This document shows, one piece after another, positions 38,308 to 52,072 of a stretch of DNA of 63,667 nt. Origin of the DNA: Octopus bimaculoides (taxonomy: Eukaryota). The stretch is taken from the NCBI RefSeq assembly GCF_001194135.2, contig NC_068989.1:92861778-92925444 (forward strand). The letters run 5' to 3'. A model generated the notes under the pieces. The model saw nothing but the letters and a program-made list of their open reading frames with translations, was not told where the DNA came from and ran no database searches. The translations under genes and the position numbers were made by a program. Position 1 is the stretch's first letter. Every line of letters begins with the position of its first letter.

Positions 38308-39670
38308 TATATATATATTATATATGTGTGTGTGCGTGTGTCAGTGTGTCACTGGTTTTACGGTTGTGAGAGATATAATGAAACTCTGAATCTACGCAAT
38401 ACGCTTAACTTGGTGGAATAACATTCCTTATTCATAGCTAACTCTCTGTGAGTCACTTCCCTGGGTCTTCCATTTCAGCTTGTCGTGGGGTATGGAAGGC
38501 TGCGTCAGGATTCAAGAAATGCTACGTTTTCTCAAGAACTTTTCATTTCTATTGAATCCCAGAAACGCTAACTTGTTGAACTCGTCTTAAATGTAACCAG
38601 CTCCCTCTACCGTCTTTGATCTAAATCAAACAGATCTTTGAGCTATCCATATGAGCAGTTTAACCTCTAGAAATCTAATTTATAATTGAGTTATTTTTTT
38701 TCTTCACGTTACTTATTCTTCCCACCAATAAAAAAAAAAAAAACTTTTATGAAACTTTTCTCTGCTTTAAATGAGAATGTGTTCAGAAGTAGTTTTAAAG
38801 AGAATAAAACGATCAGCTGGCGCAGACTCCCAGAGTCATAGAAATGGAAAAGAAACTTTAAATGGTACAATTTCTTTATCAACGTGGCAGTAGCATCTCT
38901 TTCTCTAAGTGCCGAAACACATTTTGCTGCCCCAGAACCTTCATTAACAAATTTTGTTTTTACCAAGATTACTGTTAAAATCTCTTACTTCACTTTACTA
39001 ACTTTATCCAGCCATCCTAACCTTTTAAATGAATATCAAGTTACAGCTATATCTATGACAATTTTAATATATGTCTCTTCGACTTTAAATGTCTCTCTAG
39101 TGACTCAAGTTTACCAATGCATATGGAAACTAATATATCTTCGAAGTTGTACATTTGTCTCACCGTCAGTTGTTTTAAAGCTTACTCTTTAAATCATACA
39201 TACACACTTCGAAATTTAAACCGAAGCAATAAAACATCATTGCATTACATCAATTGAAAAAAAAAGAATGCTCATAGCAATAAATATAACAATAAATCAT
39301 GCAGTATGTGTACTTCTGGGAACTTCGAAATTTATTTTGCCAAAGACCCAATTCTGAGTTTTATCGCAAAAGTATTGTTCTTTAAGACCGACAAATATTT
39401 TGAACCAATTATTCTCATCCTCACACTTATATAAGCTTAACGTTGACCTCTGTTCTAATTTTCCTCCAGGTACATTTATATTAACTTAATCTTAACTTAG
39501 TACTACCTTTGATTGTAATCTGCTCTTGCCATCTTAATATTCTAAATGGCATCGCCATTTTGCCACGTCTGTTAAAGCAGCAAACTGTATACTATACATA
39601 TGTGAAAGTGAATTTTGAGGTTTTGAATCGTACGCAGAGCGTATCATTTACAACCATACCTTCATATATA

Positions 39671-40522
39671 CGTATTCTGATCAGTAAGTATCCGGACTGT
39701 TGCTATAGTAACAAAGCTAATGAACTCTGCTGTGTACTAAGTTTTAACGTTCTAGCTCACTTCCGCTGTTTTCAGCAGTGCTTGGAAGGAAGGTGTGTAG
39801 CACGTGATCATCGCATTGACAATGACAGAGAAAGATGAGCAGAGCATCTGCATCAAATTTTTCCAAAAAGCTTGGCGATACTTGCTCAGAGGCCTAGCAA
39901 AGTTTTCAAAAACTTTTCATCATTCTCGATACAGTCAAGGAAATCTTGTCCAACTGAAACCCGAGTGTCTTTTTGGTCAACTGAAAGTAGTTTTGCCTCA
40001 AACTTGGCAGACATGCATCTCATATCCAGATTTAAAGTGATGATGGACTGAAGTGAACCATAACTAATCTGCACAATGTCTGATAACTTACGGATGGTGA
40101 TTCCACGATTTCCCCTCACAGCTGCAGGCGCATCTGCGATGTTTTTCTCATTCTGCTGGTTGAATGATCTCCCAGAAAGTTCGTCAATAGCGACATTTTT
40201 TCGGCCATCTTGGAAGCATCTGAACCTCTCGTACATTTGTGTGCGACTCATACACTCCTCTCCATACATTTTCTGCAACATTGCATAAGCCTCTGAGCGG
40301 GCATCGCCATGACAACTTCCTCTGCCATGGTCAATGCGATGATCACACGCTACACATCTTTCTTCCAATCACTACTGTAAATAGCGGAAGTGAGCTAGAA
40401 CATTAAAACTTAATGCGCATGCGCAGCAGAGTTGCAGGTCAATCTTTGCCAAACGGCTTCACTCTGCGTGCTTTAACTTCTTTATTGTGGCAACAGTCCG
40501 GATACTTATTGATCAGACCTCC
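39671..40522. mobile_element. Non-autonomous mariner made of two inverted 5' ends, with TA target-site duplication
   Basis: 33-bp TIRs (28/33 identical) flanked by TA at 39669-39670 and 40523-40524. The plus arm encodes MTEKDEQSICIKF..; the minus arm encodes SEAYAMLQKMYGEECMSRTQMYE..TIRKLSDIVQISYGS (mariner HTH region). Confidence 0.92.
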
Positions 40523-40649
40523 TACATATATCCTTTCTGCGTTAATTTCCTTACATATTTACATTGAACTAATCTCTGAATTCGTGCAATTATTCCGATT
40601 CTCTTTTCGACATTTTTACTGATTTTCAAAAATAATTTTGCCTTTGTCT

Positions 40650-41330
40650 ATTTTTATAAGTGCTATTCTTTTCTTGTATCTGGTATATTTTCTCATCCCT
40701 TATCTCATTCAAATTCATACTTTCATTTCTCATAGTTGGTCTAAGCAGGTATTTTCTTCTATTCCCCCTCTCAACTCCCCCATACCATTTCATCTAATCT
40801 ATTTCAACCTACAGTGTAATTTATCATTTTATTATTTCATTTCTTCCATTTATTTCTTTATAATTTTTCACACATCCTCCTACTCATATATTTATTCTAC
40901 AATCTAACACATGATTTTCCAAAATTAGTGATTTCATATTTCTTTACCATCACAGAAATTTTTCATTTTATTCCCTTTTTATTTTCCCACATGTTAACAC
41001 TCCATACTCATAATCTCACTAGTACTTCAATGAAAACCTCCTCCATATTTGAATTTTTTCCCACATATCCCACTCTTGTATTTAACTCTTTATTATAAAA
41101 TTTAAAAAACTGCATTCCTTCATTGCTTTGTTCACCTTGATAAGAATGCTTACCATTATCTCTACACATTTTATCTGGTATTTAAATATCATTTAATATA
41201 CATATTCCCCTAAACATCAAAATACTTGAATTTACAACAGCATTTATGTACGGGTGCAAAGAAGTTTCATCTCCATATTTGCATATATTCCATCTATACA
41301 ACGACTTCAATCTTATTCTACTTCAATTAT
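40650..41330 (-). mobile_element. Highly decayed LINE APE-endonuclease-like relic
   Basis: Purine-rich minus strand with broken motifs ELNTRVG (cf. GDFNARVG) and GNKMKNFC (cf. NGxxLxxFC). Confidence 0.4.
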
Positions 41331-41337
41331 TATTATA

Positions 41338-41572
41338 CAGGGTCGCCCCCAAAATACGTTTACAGTTATCACGTAGGCACTTTAAATATCTTTTAAAACA
41401 TTTTATTACATTTAAATTTCTATCTTACAAACTGAAAAGGGAGCTTGACAAAATTAAATAAATTAGCGGAGAATAGTGGTTTCATATTTTTTATGATTAA
41501 GATCTAACTATTAATATATGAACACGAAAGAGATTTTTGAATAAATGTAAACCTACTTTTGGGCCACTTGAG
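41338..41572. mobile_element. Tc1/mariner-type MITE
   Basis: Left TA|CAGGGTCGCCCCCAAAATACGTTTACAG matches the right end TGTAAACCTACTTTTGGGCCAC as an imperfect TIR. Confidence 0.6.
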
Positions 41573-41622
41573 TATCTCTTCAATACTTGAGTATCTCTTC
41601 AATACTTGAGTATCTCCTCAAT
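41566..41622. repeat. 19-bp unit repeated three times (ACTTGAGTATCTCTTCAAT)
   Basis: Copies start at 41566, 41585 and 41604; there is one substitution in copy 3. Confidence 0.95.
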
Positions 41623-41899
41623 TGACACGTAAGTAAATATTTTACTTAGTTTTTGTACTGGGTTTGCAAGATTATTGATGTGAATAAGTGTGTTGAAACA
41701 AATCTTGTGTCTTTGGAAGCTTATTATACCAATAATGATAACACACGCACTGATTCAATATCACTTCTTGTTATTCAATTGATTAAACATCTAATCAATT
41801 AACTAATCGACCGTTTGTTTAATTTACTGATTAAACAATCATTCGGCTTTTGCTAGTCAAAGTCCTTTCGACGCTGTTCGTGACCTTTTCAGTACCTTG

Positions 41900-41920
41900 C
41901 TCTCTGTCTCTGTCTCTGTC

Positions 41921-41973
<53 letters not shown>

Positions 41974-41986
41974 GTCTCTGTCTCTG

Positions 41987-42078
<92 letters not shown>
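41900..42078. repeat. Compound (TCTCTG)n/(TCTG)n/(TC)n tract
   Basis: Direct reading. Confidence 0.95.
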
Positions 42079-42079
<1 letters not shown>

Positions 42080-42437
42080 GTAGGTATATAAACATAAGAT
42101 CCAAGGATCAGAGTGTAGAAGGTAAATAAGCCTGAAGCAATCGGTAGAGAATATGAAAAATAACTTTCGGGAACAATAGTGGTTTATTGGTGCGGAAGAT
42201 TGTGAATTTTATGGAAGTATGAATAGCTGAAAACAATGATTTAATAATTCACGGTTGGCGACCAGAGTTACCAAGTATGCGAATAAAAATCCAAAATGAT
42301 ACCCTCGGCCTGATACACTTGGCCTGCGATACACAACTCGCTTGGTTAATTACTACTTCTGAGGTTCCGCTCTCTATGAAACATATGTAGGCCGGATTTT
42401 ATCTACTCCATTCCTTAAGTTTTGGTTATGTGTGTGC

Positions 42438-42610
42438 GTGTGTATAAGACGGGTTTCTACACAGTTTCTGTTTATCCTATTCAGTTACAAGTTACTGATC
42501 GACCCGGGGCTATTGTAGAAAATACTTACAGAAAGTGCTGCACCATGGGATTGAACCCGGAACAATAACATTGCAAAACAGGCTCCATGACTGCATAACC
42601 ATGCCTGCGG
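42438..42610 (-). mobile_element. SINE family 1, 5' half (diverged)
   Basis: GACGGGTTTCT..CAGTTTCTG..CGACCCGGGGCTAT.GTAGAA..GGGATTGAACCCGGAAC. Confidence 0.75.
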
Positions 42611-42867
42611 AAGCATAAACAAATGAAAACCGAATACATTAAATTTGACAACTTAGTTCAAGAAACAAAGAACGACAAAAGAAAAAAAGATAGAAAGAAG
42701 ATTGAAATGCTGATGTCAAAGGATAGCGATCCAGAAATTCAGCAAGGGAGGTAATTTTTAAAAAATGCAAAATGCATTAATAAGAAATATTTGATTCTTG
42801 TTGGTGAGGATGAAGACAGCAACCATCAGGTTTCAGATCCATTAGACTTCACCAGGAACCACGTTAA

Positions 42868-43193
42868 GAAGAAGGCAGTCAGAATTTTGGATAATTCTTT
42901 ATTAGCGTTTTCGTCTGTTCAATCGAACTTTTGAGATATAATGTACAGAAAATTTCTTACGCCTTTTATATAAATCGAAAAGAAGATGTTGTTTTGTTTC
43001 GTTTAGAAGAAGAGAAATCTTGTCTTTGGAGATGCAAAATTTCTCCTCTTCTAAACGAAACAAAGCAACATCGTTTTTTAGATTTATATATAAGGCGAAA
43101 GAAATTTTCTGCGCATTATGTCTTCAAGAGGTCGATTCAACGAGCGAAAGTGCTAACAAAGAATTATCCAAAATTTTGACTGCCTCTTTCTAC
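42868..43193. mobile_element. Foldback MITE with about 150-bp inverted arms, flanked by TTAA
   Basis: 42868-43019 matches the reverse complement of 43040-43190 (inner 34 bp 32/34; outer about 82% by hand count); 20-nt loop; TTAA at 42864-42867 and 43194-43197. Confidence 0.85.
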
Positions 43194-43441
43194 TTAATAT
43201 ACAATATCTGTACATCACTTCAAACACACCATACATACATGCATGCATGCCTACATTCATTCATCCGTCCAGCCATACATACATACACACATATTTACAT
43301 ACATACATATATATAAATAGTGACATACATGCATACATATAGTGATTTCGAACTTTCGGACTATTAAGCCATCATCGGACAGCCCGACAATAATTTACAA
43401 AGCCGGAACTTTGATACCACAGACAATATTCTCGTTTAAGA

Positions 43442-43557
<116 letters not shown>

Positions 43558-43571
43558 TTACGTGTGATATT

Positions 43572-43612
<41 letters not shown>

Positions 43613-43887
43613 CGGCAGGTGGAGGGCATAGGCTGAAGAGCATCCGTATTTGGTTTTGGTGCTGGTTTACATCTTGTCTGTTAGTCGCTGTCGTGTGTGG
43701 TCCCTTTTGCATGGATGCCATCTTGTAGAAACATGAAAGGAAAATAGAATTAGATGGAAATAGATAAAGAAAGATGAAAGACAATGCGGAAAAAAGAAAC
43801 ATTATTTTCTTTCGTATGCCTTCTCTCAAACTGAGACACACACGCGCAACCAAACAAACATATACACACACACATGTATAAATACAT

Positions 43888-43949
<62 letters not shown>

Positions 43950-44126
43950 GTTCACATATACCTATTATATATGTATACACACACAAACATGTATATACAT
44001 ATATATATATACATGTATATATATATACATATATGTATATATATGTATATGTGTGTATGTATATATACATACTTATATATATGTATATATATATATACAC
44101 ACACACACATACACATACACACGCGT

Positions 44127-44187
<61 letters not shown>

Positions 44188-44501
44188 CATACATACATAC
44201 ATAGATATATACCGACATATATGAATATATATCACTATGTATAGATGCACACACACAGACACAAAGGCACGTGCTCACACACAGCGAAACACATGCACGA
44301 CCATGTGTTTGTAAGTGTATGCGGATGGAGGAATAGTGAGAGAATATAAAGAATTTTCAATTCGAGGCAGAGAAGGAAAGAAGACAGAAGATGATCATCC
44401 TTGTTTCATACCTCTGGTTTCATTTAAATCTCACATGAAGAAGATCGCAGTTACCTTGTGGTGTACTGCGCTGACGGTTACAAGGGACTTATGCGTAAAG
44501 T

Positions 44502-44554
<53 letters not shown>

Positions 44555-45011
44555 AACAAACGATTACACACACACATGCATAGATATGCATGCGTATACT
44601 TATATATAAAAATTAGAAAAACTTTGAGACACATGCATATATACATATATGCATATGTATCTATAAACTCATATAAATATATATATATATATATATATAT
44701 GTGTGTNNNNNNNNNNNNNNNNNNNNNNNNNNNNNNNNNNNNNNNNNNNNNNNNNNNNNNNNNNNNNNNNNNNNNNNNNNNNNNNNNNNNNNNNNNNNNN
44801 NNNNNNNNNNNNNNNNNNNNNNNNNNNNNNNNNNNNNNNNNNNNNNNNNNNNNNNNNNNNNNNNNNNNNNNNNNNNNNNNNNNNNNNNNNNNNNNNNNNN
44901 NNNNNNNNNNNNNNNNNNNNNNNNNNNNNNNNNNNNNNNNNNNNNNNNNNNNNNNNNNNNNNNNNNNNNNNNNNNNNNNNNNNNNNNNNNNNNNNNNTAT
45001 ATGCATGTATG

Positions 45012-45067
<56 letters not shown>

Positions 45068-45615
45068 CTGATGTAACAGTGTAATACGTATACTAAAAAT
45101 GAAAAGAAATTCAAATGGTTGATCGCTATTTTATCTCAGTGATTGCATAGAGATATTGAACACGTTCATCATTAATAATGGATTATCTCCTCACAGAAAA
45201 TAACTGTAAATCTCTCCTACATCAAAAGATGTCGCCACGAGACAATAGAGAAGCCTTGATTTCATTTTCGACTCAGCAGAGAAAGGAGCGAGCTTCTCTT
45301 TTATAGCGCACTGTAGCGTCATAAAAACGAAAATGGAATGATGCATTTGATAACGTAATCCTTCATTAACTGGGCCTGTAAATCAGGAGGTTGGACTACG
45401 GCGATCGAGAAAGGCAATTGATCTTCGTTCTGCTTGATTACGACTGATTCTTTGAGTCTAAACAGCAACAACAACAACCTTACAAACGGTGTTGATATGT
45501 ACTGACCAGTATTGATTCTTCCTCGTTAGTGGCATATTGAAGGAACTCTAATTTTGTTGGGTCGAGTCGTTCCCTTAACATCGCCGCCGTTGGAACACTT
45601 GGCTTTTTACCAACA

Positions 45616-45886
<271 letters not shown>

Positions 45887-45948
45887 ACAGACAATAATAT
45901 ATACGTATATGTATATATATACACGTATATATATGCATATACGCAATA

Positions 45949-46039
45949 GGACACCTGCCCATGGTGCAACGCAGCGGGGCTGAATCCGGAACCATGTGGT
46001 TGGGGAGAAAGCTTTTTACCACAAACCCACGCATGCGCC
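45949..46039 (-). mobile_element. SINE family 1 head
   Basis: Reverse complement reads GGCGCATGCGTGG..GTGGTAA..CCAACCACATGGTTCCGGATTCAG..CACCATGGGCAGGTGTC. Confidence 0.8.
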
Positions 46040-46434
46040 CTTATAGAAATTATTTTAAGAATGTTTTTTAACACGGTCCCTGATAATATTTAATGATAAA
46101 AATATAACAGGATTTTATAAACATCGATTGGCTATGAGGGTCCGCCATAATAAGATTAAAATGAAAGAGGTCCACAGAAAAAAATGGTTGTGCAACACTG
46201 ATCTAAAGTTAATGTTCTGTTGTAATTACAATTCACTTCTTTGTCTCAGTTTTGCTTGAGATATTTTCATTGATTAGAAACCCCCAACTAACGAAACATT
46301 ATGTGTTTATTGATTCCAGCTGAATGTTAATGATTTCAAGCTTTCCTTTTTTTGTTCTCCATGCTAATCTTTAGTCGCCATGACCTCACTTGATCCGCGA
46401 CTGATTTCCATTCTATATCTACTTGAAATAATAA

Positions 46435-46625
46435 GGAGAGAAGAGGCAGGAAAGTTAGAAGAATGGTTAGAAGACCGACATTTCTTCCAGTTTTACGTTC
46501 TGTGTTGAAATTCCGTGAAAGCCTAGTTTGCCTTTCATTCTTTCGGGAGAGATGGAAAAATTGAATAAAAAGACTAGTTGAGCACTGGGGTCGTATGAGC
46601 TAATATCCCACTTTCCCAAAATTTC
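46435..46625 (+). mobile_element. SINE family 2, diverged copy
   Basis: TTTACGTTCTGTGTTGAAATTCCG..TTTGCCTTTCATTCTTTCGGG..AGTTGAGCACTGGGGTCG. Confidence 0.7.
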
Positions 46626-47695
46626 AGATCTGGTACCTATAGTAAAAAAAAGAAAAGGAAAAGGAGTTGTTAATTCATTTTAGTTCGGCGGTAGACATTT
46701 CCTTAATAACTACCAGCAGAACCCGTTGACATCTCACGTTTTAGAAAATATTCCTTTTTTTTTTTTTTTTTTTTTTTTTTTTGTTTCTATGCAAAAATGC
46801 ATAAATCTTCGTAACTGTCTTTCTTCAAATTAAATATTTCGATTATGTTTTAGATTTCTTTCGCAGCTTAGACTGTCTTAAGTGTAACACTCGAACACAC
46901 GTATGAGGCTATATAGGAACAAATAGAATTATATTATAGATCTGAATATGCGATACAAGCAGCTCTAGAGTAAAAGCTTTATGAGCATGACAAACTGAAT
47001 GTCTGTCTGTGGTGTGTTGTCAAAAGCCAAAGGTAGCGGTTTACATCCAGGAAAAATCGCTTTATAGACGTATAGTATTAAAAGTACACACAATGTACTT
47101 CAGAGCTAGGCGAAAGGAAATAACCTCAGCAGTGACCGCTCGTGCCACGGAAACGTATTTCACCGTTGTTGCGACTTCTCAATGTCACATACTCATGTCA
47201 CTTCCGAAATGAAATCGAGTCAAGCAGTCTGAAGTATATAGAGATAGTGCATACAATGTACACTAACTTGCAAAGGTGCCGCATCAGCGGAATAAAATTC
47301 GAACTTTATAACAGAACCAGCTCTATAATAAGAACTCTATCAATACAACATGTTTTGTCTTTCATTTCGATTTTATCGACGTTGATAGTACGAAAGGCAA
47401 TGTTGTCCACGGTGTGGAAATCGCAAAACAGAGAAAGAAAGACAAATGCTACGATGCATAAGCTGGGCTCCAGCGACAGTTTTTTGGAAATGATATGGGA
47501 TTAATTTGCCATAGTTTCTTCGGATGCATGAATTAGAATGTCGTTTTATGAGGTTCCTTCGATATTATATTTTACCTGTTATGATATACGCTTATATCAC
47601 CTCTTTTTCTATAATAGAGTATGTATGTGAGCACATGCAGTTGCCCGAACGGGAGATTACTCTCTCTCTCCCCTTCTCCCTTTCTTTCTCTCTAA

Positions 47696-47747
<52 letters not shown>

Positions 47748-47975
47748 CACACCCACACACGTACATATATATATATACAAGTGTGTGTGTGTGCATTTCT
47801 ATATAAATTTTCTAGTCATAGATAGTGGTGAAGGGGGAGAAGGTATGATTAAAGGGGAGGGGGAAAAGGAAGAAAACAAGAGGGAAGAAAGAAAGAAAAA
47901 AGAAAAAGAGGAAAAAGAAGAAACATGTATTTATATATCTGTCTCCTTAAATTAGTGCTCGATGAAGATAACTAT

Positions 47976-47977
<2 letters not shown>

Positions 47978-48017
<40 letters not shown>

Positions 48018-48031
48018 TAGTAGTAGTAGTG

Positions 48032-48063
<32 letters not shown>

Positions 48064-48320
48064 TGTAGTACTAGTGGTGGTGGTGGTGGTTGGAGCAGTA
48101 GTAGATCGATTCTTTTCCTCCTAGCACAACTACCACCGTCGCCACCACCACCGCCACTTATCATTCTGCCAACAATTGCCAACCACCCAACCGGCCAGTC
48201 GGCGAACAACCTCACGCTCTATATTCCTATATTCCTATATTCCTATATTCCTGTAGACATTCAATTTCCTCGTGTTAGGTTCCATATACTGAGAACAAAT
48301 ATTGAAGAATATGCACGGTC

Positions 48321-48356
<36 letters not shown>

Positions 48357-48740
48357 TTCTGTTTGATTTATGTTTCAACTGCTTCCACCAGATGGCGCTT
48401 TGTATTAGTGTCACGAAACTTCCACACGATGTTATTCGGCTGTGTGGGATGGTTGTTGTTGCTATTGGTGGCGATAACAGTGGTGCTGGCAGTGGTGGTG
48501 GTGGTGGTAGTAGTAGTGTTTGTTGCTGTTAAAGGCGGTGATGGTGGTGGTGATGTTGTTGGTGGTGTTGTTAGGGTTGTTGTTGTTGTTGGTGGTGGTG
48601 GTGGTGATGGTGATGGTGATAATTATAATGATGATAATGATGGTGTTGGTGGTGGTGTTGGTGTTGGTGTTGGTGTTGGTGATAATTATGATGATGGTGG
48701 TGGTGGTGGTGGTGGTTGTGGGGGTGGTGTTGGTGGTGGA
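47978..48740. repeat. Low-complexity (AGT)n and (GGT)n-rich tracts
   Basis: Direct reading; source of the poly-Ser, poly-Gly and poly-Val ORF artefacts. Confidence 0.85.
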
Positions 48741-48903
48741 GGCATTGATGCTTATGGGGTTGCTGCTGGTGGCTACAGGATATTACAAGATGTTGCTATC
48801 ACACCAGAGAAGAGTCGTTACACTCATTGGAAATTGGAGGAACAAAAGTGTGCATTCTCAATAAATACAATATGTGGATATAAGAGTGTGTTTATGTATG
48901 CGG

Positions 48904-48945
<42 letters not shown>

Positions 48946-49063
48946 ATTGGGAGACAAAATTGTGTATTGTGTGTAAATTCATCACATGTTAGTCTGTGTT
49001 AGCTAGCGATATACATATGTATGTATGCATGTATGTATGTATTATCTATGTATATGTGTGTGT

Positions 49064-49430
49064 ATCATCATCATCGTCATGGTCATTTAGCGGCCGTTTT
49101 CCACGCTGGCTTGGGTTGGACGGTTTGCACCAAACTCCAGTCTGATTTGGCATAGTTTCTACGGCTGGGGTGCCCTTCCTAACGCCAACCACTCCGAGAG
49201 CGTAAGGCATGCGTTTACGTGTCACTGGCACGGGTGCCAGTTGCGTGGCACCAGTATCTGTCGCGACTACAGTTTTCTGGACTTGATGGGTCTTCTCATG
49301 CACAGCAAAAGTCTTGGTCTTTTGTCATTACCTCCGTGAGGCCCAGCTCTGCTCCAAAGGTGCTTGTTACGTGCCGCTGTCTCCGAGTGCCATCGGCACA
49401 GGTGCCAGTTACGTAACATCGACAACCGTC
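49064..49430 (-). mobile_element. Non-autonomous retroposon with RTE-type 3' tail and (TGA)n end
   Basis: Tail shared with 12421-12490; GCCCTTCCTAACGCCAACC motif; internal duplicated TTACGTG..GGCAC.GGTGCCAGTT modules. Confidence 0.7.
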
Positions 49431-50785
49431 ACCATTATGGTTGGGAAAATTTTTAGTAGTAGTACGCTGGTAGACTTTGGCTAATGAGAAACAGACACCT
49501 ACTTGGTGCTAATTTCGAAAAAGGTTCAAAGTTGACCAATATTGCTTGTGTTGACCTAGCAGTGGTAAGTCTTTTTAATGTCCACTGCAATTTTTTCCTT
49601 CCATGCCTGTATTAGATTTGTGACTATTCTGTGGTACAGAAATATTTTTGACTACTATTTTTAGCGATATAGATGCTCATGTGGTGTCTTCGTGNNNNNN
49701 NNNNNNNNNNNNNNNNNNNNNNNNNNNNNNNNNNNNNNNNNNNNNNNNNNNNNNNNNNNNNNNNNNNNNNNNNNNNNNNNNNNNNNNNNNNNNNNNNNNN
49801 NNNNNNNNNNNNNNNNNNNNNNNNNNNNNNNNNNNNNNNNNNNNNNNNNNNNNNNNNNNNNNNNNNNNNNNNNNNNNNNNNNNNNNNNNNNNNNNNNNNN
49901 NNNNNNNNNNNNNNNNNNNNNNNNNNNNNNNNNNNNNNNNNNNNNNNNNNNNNNNNNNNNNNNNNNNNNNNNNNNNNNNNNNNNNNNNNNNNNNNNNNNN
50001 NNNNNNNNNNNNNNNNNNNNNNNNNNNNNNNNNNNNNNNNNNNNNNNNNNNNNNNNNNNNNNNNNNNNNNNNNNNNNNNNNNNNNNNNNNNNNNNNNNNN
50101 NNNNNNNNNNNNNNNNNNNNNNNNNNNNNNNNNNNNNNNNNNNNNNNNNNNNNNNNNNNNNNNNNNNNNNNNNNNNNNNNNNNNNNNNNNNNNNNNNNNN
50201 NNNNNNNNNNNNNNNNNNNNNNNNNNNNNNNNNNNNNNNNNNNNNNNNNNNNNNNNNNNNNNNNNNNNNNNNNNNNNNNNNNNNNNNNNNNNNNNNNNNN
50301 NNNNNNNNNNNNNNNNNNNNNNNNNNNNNNNNNNNNNNNNNNNNNNNNNNNNATATATATATATATATCTTTTATGTATATATATATATATATATGCACA
50401 TATGTATACTTATATATGAATGTGTGTGTGTGTATATGTATACACACAAATTTATGGACAGTGTATGGGTGTACGTTTTCTGGACGAGTCTTAGGCCTAT
50501 ATGTTTATGCGTGTTGCTGTCAAAATGTATGTGCCTGGGTGTGTGTATGAATGAGTGTATGTGCATTGGTATATATGCGTATGTATGTAGATTAGTCTAC
50601 ACAACCATGTACGCCATGTGTGTTATGCTTGTGTTTGTAGGAACAAGTTTATATATGTATGTGAAGAAGCGTATAAATATAGAAAGAGAGTGGGAGAGAG
50701 GAAGAAAGAGCGGGGAGAGAAAAACAGAGACAGAGAATCAATACATACATGTACGTGAAAAAGTATTTTGATGTATGTGTATGTG

Positions 50786-50852
<67 letters not shown>

Positions 50853-50942
50853 TTGAACTTGAGAAATAACTTACGTGAATGTGTAAGAATGTGTGTACTT
50901 ACATGAAAGAGAAAGTGACGAGAAAGACAGATTGTCATTGTC

Positions 50943-50975
<33 letters not shown>

Positions 50976-51359
50976 GAGGAGGAGGAGGAGGANNNNNNNN
51001 NNNNNNNNNNNNNNNNNNNNNNNNNNNNNNNNNNNNNNNNNNNNNNNNNNNNNNNNNNNNNNNNNNNNNNNNNNNNNNNNNNNNNNNNNNNNNNNNNNNN
51101 NNNNNNNNNNNNNNNNNNNNNNNNNNNNNNNNNNNNNNNNNNNNNNNNNNNNNNNNNNNNNNNNNNNNNNNNNNNNNNNNNNNNNNNNNNNNNNNNNNNN
51201 NNNNNNNNNNNNNNNNNNNNNNNNNNNNNNNNNNNNNNNNNNNNNNNNNNNNNNNNNNNNNNNNNNNNNNNNNNNNNNNNNNNNNNNNNNNNNNNNNNNN
51301 NNNNNNNNNNNNNNNNNNNNNNNNNNNNNNNNNNNNNNNNNNNNNNNNNNNNNNNNNNN

Positions 51360-51412
<53 letters not shown>

Positions 51413-51686
51413 ATCGGACTAAAATTTGGAATAATTGTCAATAAATATTTCAAGACATGTTGAAAATATGACAATATGCAAGGATTGGATGCACAAAGCT
51501 TGATGAAAATGGTGCTCAAGCATACGCTTAAGATCGAAATATATGCAGAAGACGATATAAACTCAGCTAAGTGAAGAATTTTTGTAGTCCCAGGAAACAT
51601 AGCAATGAGAGGAAGATCTTTAAGCGATGGTGGAGCGAATCTACAGTAGCGAACGACTAAATATACGGGGGAAAAGGTTTTGAGTA

Positions 51687-52072
51687 AGGTGAGACCTCGC
51701 GGTACGAGTTTAATTCGTTCTATGACCGAGCTCGACTTACGATTTACTCATTTTACAAATCAAATTTCCCCATTGAAATTAACTAAAATATAATTAATCA
51801 GTTCCAGCCCCCACCCACAAACCACTCAAGTATAATTTTTAATGGGGTATGAAATAGAAAAGGTGTAATTACAAGTAAAATGACAATTATAAAAAAAGAG
51901 AATGCAAAAATATTTAAGCTGGTTTTATTAATTGAATTACCTTAAATATGGGACGATTTGTGTGCTCGTACTGCGGATTTCCGTTCGCACTTCAAGAAAA
52001 AATTCGTTCGAATCTCGGCTCGTACAGCAAATTACTCGTACAATGAGGCACTCGTACTGCACGGTTCTACTG
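51687..52072. mobile_element. pogo/Tigger-like MITE
   Basis: Left TA|AGGTGAGACCTCGCGGTACGAG matches the reverse complement of the right end CTCGTACTGCACGGTTCTACTG; internal repeated CTCGTAC motifs and TTTCCCCATTGAAAT. Confidence 0.65.

Noticed and set aside
41566-41622. Short direct repeats as a possible CRISPR-like array
   Set aside because: There are no spacers, the context is eukaryotic and there are no cas genes; they are simple tandem duplications.
45320-45457. Minus-strand frame LKESVV..QLPFSIAVVQPPDLQAQLMKDYVIK resembling an iGluR/IR F-x-I-x3-PP segment
   Set aside because: An acceptor is present, but there is no convincing donor before the stop and the expected downstream motif needs frameshifts; likely primed pattern matching.
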